The notes under the pieces were generated by a model. It was not told the DNA's origin and did not search any database. It saw only the letters and a list, made by a program, of their open reading frames with translations. Shown here piece after piece: positions 1 through 11,786 of a DNA stretch of 64,000 bases. Position numbers and translations under genes: made by a program. Position 1 is the stretch's first letter; every line of letters begins with the position of its first letter. The DNA is from Dimorphilus gyrociliatus (taxonomy: Eukaryota; Animalia; Annelida), in assembly GCA_904063045.1 (NCBI GenBank), contig CAJFCJ010000006.1, positions 4,914,408 through 4,978,407 on the forward strand, written 5' to 3'.

Positions 1-107
1 TTCTTTTTTGATGTCCACTTTACTGAAGTTTTTTCTTTGTTTTTTGTTTTACACAAGGAAAATTAGGAAAAAAATGACATCGTGCATGTGTGCGAATGTG
101 TTTTTCT

Positions 108-1154
108 TCATTCGTCTTCGGCTCCTGGCTTCAATTCTCTTAGCTCCTTAATTTGCTTAATTAAATAGGCCTTTTCGTCGTTGAATTGTTCGTCATCTGC
201 ACGGTCGGTATGAAATTTGCTCAAGAAATCGACGAGTTTCTCCTGATTGCGGAGGAGAATGTCAAGAATAGGTTTAGGTTTCGACGGATTGGCTACGAAA
301 ACTTTAAAGACGTGAAAGGCCTCAAACTGGATGTTGCGCGATTTTTCGCGTAGAAGGCACATCATTAATTTCAGATTAGCTGCGCTTGATATATAGCGCG
401 TCATCACGCTGAAGTTGTGCCGATCCAACAGTAATTCGCCCAATAGTTTCAAAGCTTGTCGTTTTGTTACATAATTCTCAGAGTTGAGTAGTTTCTGGTA
501 ATGCTCTTCGAACACTTTCTCGTAGTTATTTTCCAAGAATTCGGCTATTAACATCTTATAACTTGACCGTGTAAGAAGCTCTTTGAACGTTGAAAAAGCG
601 TCAGAGGCTATGTCAAAAGTAGACATCTCCACATAACTAAATAATTTATAAAATTCTTCGGAAGAAAGTATAATTCTCGCTAAGGCTTCATGCCTTGCAC
701 ATTCTCTAAGCATTTGACCGCAACTTAGGGCTATTTCTTGATTCTCATAGCCTTTAAGTAGCATAAAGAGAACTTGAGGATTACTGCAAATATGTTCAAC
801 TGTAGGAGACCTGGCACCTATCTGACGTCGTAAACACTTGTTAAAGATCTGCGCAACATCCTTTTTAGCTTCAAAGTCAACCGAGTGCAGATTCTCCACC
901 ATCATTCTCAACATTCCCCCTGGTCCACCAGTAGCTTCTAATTCGTGACATAACTGCGCCACTATTTCCGCTTGAGGTTCTTGTTCCCCTGATCCACAAA
1001 TATAGTTCTTTATCATTTGAAGTGTTCTGGAAACTTCATCCTGAGCCTTCGATAATTTCTTCTCAGAGTCAGCTGCCTTCCTTAATGCCTGAAGGTTTTC
1101 AGCCAAATGACGAACTAGTTCGGGGTTACTTTTCGATTTTCCGAAAAGTGGCAT
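108..1154 (-). CDS. CAB39: Calcium-binding protein 39 / MO25 (LKB1-STRAD scaffold), single exon, 348 aa
   Basis: Uninterrupted ORF starting MPLFGKS, with [33 protein letters not shown] and [17 protein letters not shown] motifs characteristic of MO25. Confidence 0.97.
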   Translation of the reverse strand: MPLFGKSKSNPELVRHLAENLQALRKAADSEKKLSKAQDEVSRTLQMIKNYICGSGEQEPQAEIVAQLCHELEATGGPGGMLRMMVENLHSVDFEAKKDVAQIFNKCLRRQIGARSPTVEHICSNPQVLFMLLKGYENQEIALSCGQMLRECARHEALARIILSSEEFYKLFSYVEMSTFDIASDAFSTFKELLTRSSYKMLIAEFLENNYEKVFEEHYQKLLNSENYVTKRQALKLLGELLLDRHNFSVMTRYISSAANLKLMMCLLREKSRNIQFEAFHVFKVFVANPSKPKPILDILLRNQEKLVDFLSKFHTDRADDEQFNDEKAYLIKQIKELRELKPGAEDE

Positions 1155-2286
<1,132 letters not shown>

Positions 2287-2850
2287 AAGAGATTGGATCA
2301 CGGTGGGTTACAGATTCGCGGATGGAGAAACTTAAATCCGCTACCGTTACTTGTTTTGAATGTGTAAAATGTGATAGAACGAATAAAATTAAATCGAATA
2401 TTATCTATTTCTGTTCAAAATAAACTTAATTGTGGCAAAATATAACTAAAAACGTTCTAAAATTCCGATTAGAACCTTTTATAAATGGTAGGTGGATACA
2501 AAAGCAAAAAATAACTAAGTGTCAACGAGTTGATTTAAATTTTTTTAAATCGTGTCACAAGCGAAACGTGGAACTTACGCCTATCTTAAATAGTGGAGTC
2601 GTACACGTTTAAAATGATTGTTATTTTCGTATATAATAATATAAAATACGAAAATTAATAGTCAGGCACAAGGTCCGTTGAAATAAATATTAACGAAATT
2701 TTGTGACCTAACTACACTTGACTAGGTACCGCTCTAACGGCCAAGTGCCTAGAAGCGGGACTACAACGAAAGATAAAATATACTATAGTTTTGTGATCTT
2801 TAACATCATAATTTTAGTGAAACAATACTCATGAAATTTTGATCATTGCG

Positions 2851-3450
2851 ATGTATCAACCGTATCCGTCTCAGCGTCCTAAGAAAGGAAAATTACAGAA
2901 AAAAAGAGATGAAGAGAACCAATCGAAAATTACTGACTACTATGTAGTTAGGAGATCTGCTAGAAAAACCCGCAAGAAACTGGAGGAAGATCGTCTAAAT
3001 GAGATAGAAAAGGCAGTAATACTAAATCAAGAGATTGGTTTGAACGTTATTGAAACAGAATTTAAGGGCCGTGGGGTAGCAGCCGCGAAGACTTTCGAAA
3101 AAGGAGACTTTGTTGTGGAGTATGCCGGTGATCTCATAGACTTAAGCAGTGCTAAAGATAGAGAAAAACAGTATTCGTGTAATACTATGGTTGGGTGTTA
3201 CATGTATTACTTTGAATATCAATCAAAGAGATTTTGCGTGGATGCTACTATAGAAACCGGTAGATTTGGTAGACTAGTAAATCATTCTCGAAAGAAGCCT
3301 AACTGCAAGACAAAAGTAATAGGAATAAATGGTACCCCTAGACTTATTTTAATAGCATCCAGAAATATAAGGATTGGTGAAGAAATTCTTTACGACTACG
3401 GCGATAGATCGAAAGCAAGTATAGAAGCTTATCCGTGGCTTTCACAATGA
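2851..3450 (+). CDS. KMT5A: Histone H4K20 monomethyltransferase SET8/PR-Set7, single coding exon, ~199 aa
   Basis: SET domain (KGRGV...GDFVVEYAG...GCYMYYF...GRLVNHS...EEILYDYGDRSKASIEAYPWL) plus the PIP-degron-like QSKITDYYVVRRSARK. Confidence 0.95.
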   Translation: MYQPYPSQRPKKGKLQKKRDEENQSKITDYYVVRRSARKTRKKLEEDRLNEIEKAVILNQEIGLNVIETEFKGRGVAAAKTFEKGDFVVEYAGDLIDLSSAKDREKQYSCNTMVGCYMYYFEYQSKRFCVDATIETGRFGRLVNHSRKKPNCKTKVIGINGTPRLILIASRNIRIGEEILYDYGDRSKASIEAYPWLSQ

Positions 3451-3938
3451 AAGAATTGAGCTCAGCCTCCTATACCTTAAAGCTATATAAAAATTTTTTA
3501 CCAGAACCCAGGGATGATAAATCTTTACTGCATTTAGCTCTTTCCTTCAAACACAAACCATTCATCATATCTTTTTCTATCTATATCCCTCTCTTTGCCT
3601 TTCTATTTTTTTACCCATGTATCATAATTATGACCTGTAGTGATTTTTATTATCATTTATACATTTATGTATAATATAAACATTATAAAAGTTAAGTTTT
3701 TTGTAAGACCTATTTATTTGTTACTTTTTTTCTCTTTGGAGCGAGGATAAGATCATTCTCAATCTTATTTTCATTTTATAATAAAAAAGAAGGACAAAAA
3801 TGTTTTTTTTTAGCTGTAAACAAAACAATGAATTTAGAGAAAAGTATTCTTTCTATCCTTTTTATAGTTCTAATCAACCGGAAGTTAAAGTATTTTGGTA
3901 TGTCTGCTCCTCTACTCAAACTACCTCACCTATTCTGA

Positions 3939-5198
3939 TTAATCTAAGATTTTTTTTTTATTGGATTTTCTATCTTTAGTTTTTCTGATGTGAGACGTCC
4001 TTTTTAATACATTCGTTGCTGATGATTCAATCCTATCATCTTGATTGTTAGAAAAGACTAGGTTGTTTTCAGTCACCTTTTGATTCTCATCTTCATTAAG
4101 ATTCCAGAATAGTCTGTTATTATCGAAATTTGCTTGCGAATTAATCATTGATCTATTTCGAGTGTTTCTGGAACGATTGGCACTTTTATAATATTTTGTC
4201 TTTTCACAATGCTGAGCGGAATTTGCTTTATTTACTTTTACCGTGAAATCATAGTTTATTGGATCTGACAGATGTTCATTCGTATTATATGTACAATCTT
4301 TAGGAAAACTAGAAACAGTATTTTGACTATAATCAGAACTTGAAAGAGTTTCGCGTATAGATGAAACTTTTGTGGCAGTTTTATCAATTTTTCGGAAATT
4401 AATTGAGGACGGAACGAAAACTACCACCAAATTTCTTTCTTTCCAACTGTTAATGTTATCGGAGATGTCCTTTGGATAGTTGTCTAATTTGTATTCAGTT
4501 GTTCCTAGAGTTGATATTACTGACAAGTATTTTTCAATGGTAATAGATAAGGTTTCAGCCCTTTCGGCCTCGTTACTAATTATATTTGGTAAGTAGAATC
4601 CTATAGATTCTTTAGCATTGCTTGCAGCTTTCTCCAAATCGGTAAATGATCGGTTAGAATCTGAATTCTTTTTAAGGAGGAGTAACAGTTTCTTTGGTGA
4701 AAATGTCGACAATTCTGCCCCATGAGTATTCAGTTTTTGTCTAAAGTTCTTAACACAAGTATTGTAGTGACCCAATAAAAGCTTGACTTTTTTTTCCCTA
4801 TCGTATTCGGTTAAAACGAGATTTTTAAATTGTTTTGTATTTGATGTAGTGGACGAAGAATTCGAAAGCCAATTATATAGTGTACTTATTGGTCCAACTC
4901 TGTCGTAAAGACCTTCATACACGCCGTAATGTTCATTTGCCAAAGTGTCAGCTTCTTTGCAAATCGATGTTATTAAATTTAACCAATAATGCATCATAAA
5001 TTGATGCGGTCTATCTAAAACCGTCGATCTTGCCAATTTTAGCCATTTATATAACTTTCTTGAGTATTCCAATTCAATTTTTGCTCTCTCGTCTATCAAG
5101 TTCATTACGTTCTTTGTTAATCCGACACCATTTTCAACCAGATTTCTAACAGCCGACACGGACACATATTCAATTTCACCGGAAGTCAAGTTATCCAT
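3939..5198 (-). CDS. Divergent F-BAR (FCH) protein, PACSIN/syndapin-like, no SH3, intronless, 419 aa
   Basis: ERAKIELEYSRKLYKW resembles PACSIN ERARIEKAYAQQLTEW, and NEAERAETL and NINSWKERN align with the F-BAR C-terminal part; the tail is low-complexity S/N/K. Confidence 0.65.
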   Translation of the reverse strand: MDNLTSGEIEYVSVSAVRNLVENGVGLTKNVMNLIDERAKIELEYSRKLYKWLKLARSTVLDRPHQFMMHYWLNLITSICKEADTLANEHYGVYEGLYDRVGPISTLYNWLSNSSSTTSNTKQFKNLVLTEYDREKKVKLLLGHYNTCVKNFRQKLNTHGAELSTFSPKKLLLLLKKNSDSNRSFTDLEKAASNAKESIGFYLPNIISNEAERAETLSITIEKYLSVISTLGTTEYKLDNYPKDISDNINSWKERNLVVVFVPSSINFRKIDKTATKVSSIRETLSSSDYSQNTVSSFPKDCTYNTNEHLSDPINYDFTVKVNKANSAQHCEKTKYYKSANRSRNTRNRSMINSQANFDNNRLFWNLNEDENQKVTENNLVFSNNQDDRIESSATNVLKRTSHIRKTKDRKSNKKKILD

Positions 5199-5910
5199 TC
5201 TATTAGGGGCAGTTTTTAAAATAATCGTGACGTATTAATGAAATACTAATTTATTTTAAGGGATGATATATCTATTTAAACTATATACTGTATGAATTAC
5301 GGAGGAAGATATTATTCCTTGATGAAATTAACTAATAATTAGCCTACTCGACACGAGTTAATAATCTCCATTAAGAAGTAATTTTTTTGCAACAAGATAG
5401 TTAGATAGATAGATAGAGAGCGAGAAAGAGAGAGAGAGAGAGGGTAAGAGAAATGCGAATCGGAAAAAGCTTAACTAGGATAATGACCTTAGTGATCAAC
5501 TTCTTTAAAAGTAATTAAATAACACATTGTTATATTGTCCTCTACACATAAACTTTAAACAAAGCTATGTTATTTAGTTTATAATAAGGGAGAATAAGTG
5601 TTCATCCAGGTTATTTTACTGTCAAATGTCATCTGCTCTACAATGAAAACGATGTTAGTAAAATGACTGATTTTTCTCATTATACATTTGTTTGTCCAAT
5701 ACAATTTGTTTAGCTATAAAGGTGGGTATATATTTCATATCGTACTAAATATCTATATTGTATCTATTATATAGTATTTATCTAGTTAATTCAAATTTAG
5801 AATTTATTCACTCAACTCTATTCTCTTTGAGAAAAAACAAAAAACCAAAGCAAACCAACAAACATAAAAGTTATTAATTTTAAAAATTAAGACCCTGCAA
5901 TAAACGAACC

Positions 5911-7525
5911 ATGAATGATCGAAAAGGAATAGCTTTGGATGGAGGTAGTATATAGGCCTATATGGATTAAAATATAATTAAATAGATTAATGAAATTTAA
6001 ATAGGTTACGGTTGGCTTATTGTTCTCGCCTCTTTTGTTAATCAAGCTCTTACTGTTGGAATCACGTATACTTTTGGAGTTATTTTAGTGAAATTGTTAG
6101 ATACTTTTAAATCTGAGGAAAGTACAACAGCTTGGATAGGCTCAATTCAATCTTGCTTGCTATATTTAGTGGGTCAGTGTAGTTGAAAAATACACCACTC
6201 TTTTTCAATTTGTCTTATTATAAAAGGAATTATTGGAGGTCCATTAATTAGGAGATTTGGATGGAGAGTTGTTGCTATTTCGGGTTCCATTTTATCGGCG
6301 ATTGGATTTGCTTCAAGTGGGCTAGTGAATAATTTATACTTATTATACTTGACTTATGGGATAATAACAGGTATTCGTAATTATAGTCTTTAATAAGGAA
6401 TTGTGATTAAAAGGGTTAAAACTTTCAAATTATTAGGTATTGGTAATGGTCTCGTCTATTTGACGTCTATGGTTTGTATTCAACATTACTTTGATAAAAG
6501 AAGAGCATTAGCGACCGGAATAGTCGTTTCTGGTAGCGGTGTTGGAATGCTATTATTTTCTGTGGCAACACCAGCCCTACTTAAGAAAATCGAATGGCGG
6601 GCTACGTTTTTTGTCCAGGCTGCGATTATGCTTTCTGGCAGTTTTTTCTCCGCTTTATATAAGCCAATCAAAATGCAAGTATTATCCGAGAGAACGCCTT
6701 TAATGGAATCTTCTTGCGAAGAAACTGAAAAGAAATCAAAGCATTCCTCTTTCACCATTGACTTATCCCTATTTCAAGAACCAATCTTTATAATATTTTG
6801 TATTTCGCTACTCTCTTTCGGATTCTCTTATCACGTTCCCTTTACCTATACTCCTGATAGGGCAATTCATATATCTGGCGGTGAAATTACTTTATCGGAT
6901 GCGTCAATTTTCGTTTCTATAATGGGAATATCAAGCGTTATTGGACGTTTAATTATGGGATCGTTTTCAGATACAATACCTAATATTAGATTTTATATTT
7001 TTGGATCAGTATTGATTTTAGGAGGTATTTTGAACATGTCAATATCAATCTTTACCACATACATCCGGATAGTTTTCTATTCTATTCTATTTGGAGTCTT
7101 TTCCGGTTAGTAGATGCGATTAACGAAATTCAGACATTTCAACCTTGAAACAGATTTATTAATTATAAAATTTTCAATGCTATTTATAGGTTTCTTTGCC
7201 GCTTTATTCCCAGTTGTTCTTGTAGATCTATTAGGCGTAAATGAAATTGAGAAATCAATGGGACAAGCACTAGCAGTGACTTCTTTCGGCTTTCTTGTAG
7301 CATCTCCCTTATCTGGTAAATTTAATAATTTTTTTTTGGCAGATTTTGTCATTTTAACTCTTTTCAACTTTAGGTTCAATTATTCAGCTTACAAACAGTT
7401 TCGACACACCATTCTGGGTTGTAGGAGGATGCGAATTTTTAGGAGGATTGATCTTCCTTTCAATAAGAATTATCATTTGGTCTAGAAATAGGAAAAAGGT
7501 GGATAATTATCAAGAAGTGAAATGA
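5911..7525 (+). CDS. SLC16 (monocarboxylate transporter family) MFS transporter, multi-exon
   Basis: DG|GYGWLIV at the N-terminus, YFDKRRALATGIVVSGSGVG signature, 12-TM layout, stop TGA at 7523-7525. TM8 has SSVIGR (Ser where MCT1 has Asp), as in orphan SLC16 members. Confidence 0.93.
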
Positions 7526-8263
7526 ATAGTATGCTGTATATATAGGACTCGATGTAGATTTTCTGATATTATATAAATCGGTTGAAATAGAATACAAACT
7601 ATTAATTTACAAATTGTAGACTTGTAATTAGTCATTTTAGCTAAATACTTAGAAATAGAGGATTCTAGAATTATGCTAAAGTTACTTTGTACTTAACATT
7701 CCTTTCCAACTTCCTTCCTAGCCTTTTTTTATTGTTTACGAAAGAACAATACAGATTTTCTACGTGGTTTTAACTTAATATTTATTGAACTATGGTCCTG
7801 AACAAAGGAATTTGGAATGTTAAAGTATAAACGTATTCAATGAGTTTATTTCGTTATTAATTGGCAGATTAAATTACTCTTATTTGTATATTTTAATTCG
7901 GTAGTTTGGCATTTGGATTTCGATTGTGAATCTGAAATGATATGAAAGACTGTGAACGTTATTCGAAGAGTAGTCGTTCTTGGAGTAATTTTACAGTTGA
8001 GGAAAAGAAAAATATGGAAAAATGGTCGGATGAGGAAATGGACGACGCTATAGATGGAATTCTTCAAGTAGTTCCCTCTGAAGACGCCACACCTCAGGAA
8101 AATACAAAAGAAGAAGAGGTTAGGTTAGGTTAGGTTTTTGAATATGGCGCCATAAAAAATAAACTGGTAGTATAGATACTGAGTCGAGTAGTGTTTTACC
8201 GCATTCCTCCTGGTGATAACGTAAATATAGTTGAAATTTAGGATAAAATATAAATAGTTTGTG

Positions 8264-9226
8264 ATGGATGATGAAAATTTCGATTTTGATACATCAAAAT
8301 CTAGAGTAAGTTGGCGGAGAGTGAGTTAAGACTTATCTATTAACCTGTTCTTTCACAATTGTAGACTAAAACTTTAATTTCATTTATGAATGATCTCGCT
8401 TGCACAATTTTCAAAAAATTCTAATATGTTTTGTCACTTAACTAGCAAGCCCGTAAAGGTAGAAGGGCAAAGGCAAATGTATTAGATGGCCCTGCGGAAG
8501 AGCCAGACGCACCAGCAGATGATGTTCCACTTTCAACAGATATGCATGAAGTAACGGAAGAGAGAGTATCCAGTGGGAAAAAAGAAAAAGTATGCTAAGC
8601 AAAAATATTACATATACACTTATAAATAAACTTTCCTACTAATAGAAAGGTCGCCGAAGAATGAGCGGATGGGGTGATACAACAAACAAGGGGTATGTAA
8701 AAACTAGTTAATGCATTTGCATTATTATTATTATTATTATTAATTTTGTATTTGTTGGTGTTTGATACTAAAAAAAGAAAAAATATGATTATTAGATGAG
8801 AATGATTTTGTCTTAAAAAACCATTTTTATGCATGTCTCCCACAGATTTGACGATGAGTAAGTAAAAATTTCCATTTTATTTTTTTCCCCTTTGGAATCA
8901 CATTCAAAGAAATACAAAAATTCTAATAATCTTTTCCTTTATTAATCGTTATTCAAACAAACAAAAACTAATTTTAAAAAAAAAGTTAAATTGTTGTTTT
9001 TTTAAAAAAAAACAAAAAGAAATAAACAACATCAAAAGTTCCTTCTATCATGTTACTTACTATTTGTTTTTTTTTCAAGACCTCATTTTATACTTTTTCA
9101 TACTAAAAACCTTATGAAATAAAGAAAAAACAGAATAGATACTATAATTCAAAATATTAAGGTTGATGTAAAAAGATTCAATATATCAATCAATCAATCA
9201 ATCAATTTTACTTAGATAGTTAGTTC

Positions 9227-9264
<38 letters not shown>

Positions 9265-9326
9265 TAATTTTTGAATAAAGTCATTTTATACTGATTAGTT
9301 AAATACTTAAATAATATATAATTATT

Positions 9327-9357
<31 letters not shown>

Positions 9358-10624
9358 TTAATATATATGTATATGTATATAATAAAGTGACGGTTCGGAC
9401 TGGGAATGGTATTTATACATATTATTTTTGCATGCAATCAAAACTTTTTATGAGAGAGGAATCCTTATTTTTTTTTATCATTAACTATTTTAAATAGAAG
9501 AGGTAGCATCTATATATAAACATATATATATATATAATATTTATATATAGATTTTAAACACCTTTAAATATATTTAAATAAAAGAAAATAAGAAACAAGA
9601 CAACAAATAGCATGATGAAAATATATTGTCTGTTAAATACATTGATTTATTATGTTTTTTGTTGTTAACTATATATATATATATGTATAGATATATATAT
9701 ATACAAGAACAATAATAGTATGTAATATAGAAATAGATTTCTTGGCACTGATAGTGTTTTATTATTATTCATTTGCCCTCTCCTATCTTTTTTATCCCTA
9801 ATTTTTCCCTCTATTATCTTTCTGTGTTTCTCTTCTTCGGCTTCTATATGTATATATATATATACATTTTTTTTATTTGATATTTAACAACAATAATAAT
9901 GGAATTATTATAATTAGTACAAAATCTAAGTAAACTATTTGCTTAAAGTAGTGACGAAGCATTCTAAACATAGAAATTATTAGATAAAAAGAGAAATATA
10001 ATACCTATACTTAATAATTATACTTAATTTTTGTACTATTTATAAGAATTACTTAGAAAGAGATTACTTTAACTTCCTTTTACTAATTGAATCAATTATT
10101 TGATTTTAGTGAAAGATTTAAGAAAACTCATACACCACCGCCCGAAAATGATGAGTCGGATAACGGTATATATTTTAATATATCGTCTAATTATTCTTTT
10201 GTTAACGTTTTATTCTCTATCTATCATTCTATTTATCCCTCTGTCTGTCACAGATATTCCTGTCATACCGGATTTAGAAGATTCTAACATAGGTGATGAC
10301 TCTGGTGGACCGCAGATAGCGATGGCTCCAAAGTAAGTATTTTTGAATATCAACTCTTCAGTTATTCGTTTAAAGTATCCTCTCTTTCTCTTTGATAATT
10401 TAATTATGATTTTCGCAATATTTGCAGCGTTGCAGTTAATAGAGTAGCCACATATAGGGAATTGGATAATGATTTACTTAAACACGCAGCTTTTCTAACT
10501 TTGGTACGTATGTCAAGCAGTTAAAAATAGAATAAAAAAAGTAAATATTTCATTATATAGGATAATGAAATTGATTTGAAATTACTTGCAAAATGTCTCT
10601 CCTCCGAATCTGAAATAACTGAGG

Positions 10625-10661
<37 letters not shown>

Positions 10662-10790
10662 ACTAAACGTTTTATTACAAAAAAAACCCTATAGGACCAA
10701 AAACTTTGGGAGTGGGATAGATTATTTACAGAAGTAACATCTGAAATGCTTTCTGAATGGGAAGAAAATGAAGAAGTAGCTGCTTCTTAA
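8264..10790 (+). CDS. IFT43: Intraflagellar transport protein 43 (IFT-A), about 9 coding exons
   Basis: Spliced C-terminus DIPVIPDLED...VATYRELDNDLLKHAAFLTL|DNEIDLKLLAKCL...|DQKLWEWDRLFTEV matches the IFT43 domain; N-terminus MDDENFDFDTSKSR|QARKGRRA. Confidence 0.93.
9185..9264. repeat. (ATCA)n tetranucleotide microsatellite, two blocks, in the long IFT43 intron
   Basis: Directly visible tcaatcaatcaa runs at 9185-9205 and 9226-9264. Confidence 0.9.
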
Positions 10791-11061
10791 TAAAACAATA
10801 CAAAATCCTTAAATCCTCTTTTGTTTTATAAATGTAATATGTTTATTTTAAAGAGAAAAATAAAAATAATATACATTCTATCATTCTTAAAACTCTTTTT
10901 TTTTTAAAGAAAAAAAAATCTCAAGGTTATTTATCATATCTGGATTTCTTCTTTCTTGTCAGCTCTTTGCAAAGCATTTTATCATCATCTTCTTCTTTCA
11001 AATCTCTTTTAACTGACTTTTAGAATATAATAAAATACATCATTTAATTCAATTCATACGG

Positions 11062-11098
<37 letters not shown>

Positions 11099-11228
11099 CT
11101 ACAACAAAATGAATTTTGAAAGGTTAACGATCATATAAATCTAGTGAAAAAAAAACATTCAAGACAAAGATATTTCAATACGTACAAGTTGTATATTATT
11201 TTTATATACTGCATATAGAGATTATATT

Positions 11229-11259
<31 letters not shown>

Positions 11260-11786
11260 TATATATATATATTTAATAGGGTAATAATATCTTTTTTCGT
11301 TTCAAAATAAAAAATTCTTTATTAAATATTTTTGAAATACAGTATATACGAAAGTAAAAGGCAAAAAAAGAAAAAGCTGTATATAAGCGAACAGGTGGAT
11401 TGTTTTGTTTTTCTCGATAGTTTGTCAGTAGAAGATAGGGAAAATAAGCCAAACACACCTGCTAATAAATTATCACTTAACAAAGAGTCTTGTTGCAAAA
11501 GATGTGCTTTAGGAGTCTATCGGTATAAAAAAGCCATCTCCTATGAAGAAAAACAGTCCTTTATGAAAGTTCAAACAGGATTGTCTTTGTGTCAGTGTTC
11601 GTAAACTGATAAGCGTGTGTCATATCGGCATAAAGTTTTCAATAACTTTCCAAATTAGCCCTTTAAATATTTCGTATATTATATTTTCTTAGTTCGATCC
11701 TTTCCGGACTGTGCGGCAGCTTTACAAAGAATAATAATAGAGACGTCTACGAAGTAAAGGGACATATCTAACAAATTTGTTTTCTG

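Noticed and set aside
3435-3674. ORF whose ATG overlaps the SET8 stop (ATGA), suggesting termination-reinitiation
   Set aside because: The hydrophobic translation simply reflects a T/C-rich 3'UTR; no homology or codon signal.
8119-8134. (TTAGG)3 telomere-like repeat
   Set aside because: Only three units and internal; better explained as a donor-proximal or promoter simple repeat.
10624-10693. Upstream AG after the (TA)n run in the last IFT43 intron
   Set aside because: It would give a ~37-nt intron and an immediate GAC TAA stop that removes the conserved WEWD motif.
10926-11030. Minus-strand K/E/D-rich open stretch (SQLKRDLKEEDDDKMLCKELTRKKKSRYDK*)
   Set aside because: Only ~35 codons in purine-rich sequence, with no matching donor or start identified.
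11692-11725. GTTCGATCC resembling a tRNA T-loop
   Set aside because: No acceptor stem, D-arm or anticodon arm in the flanks.
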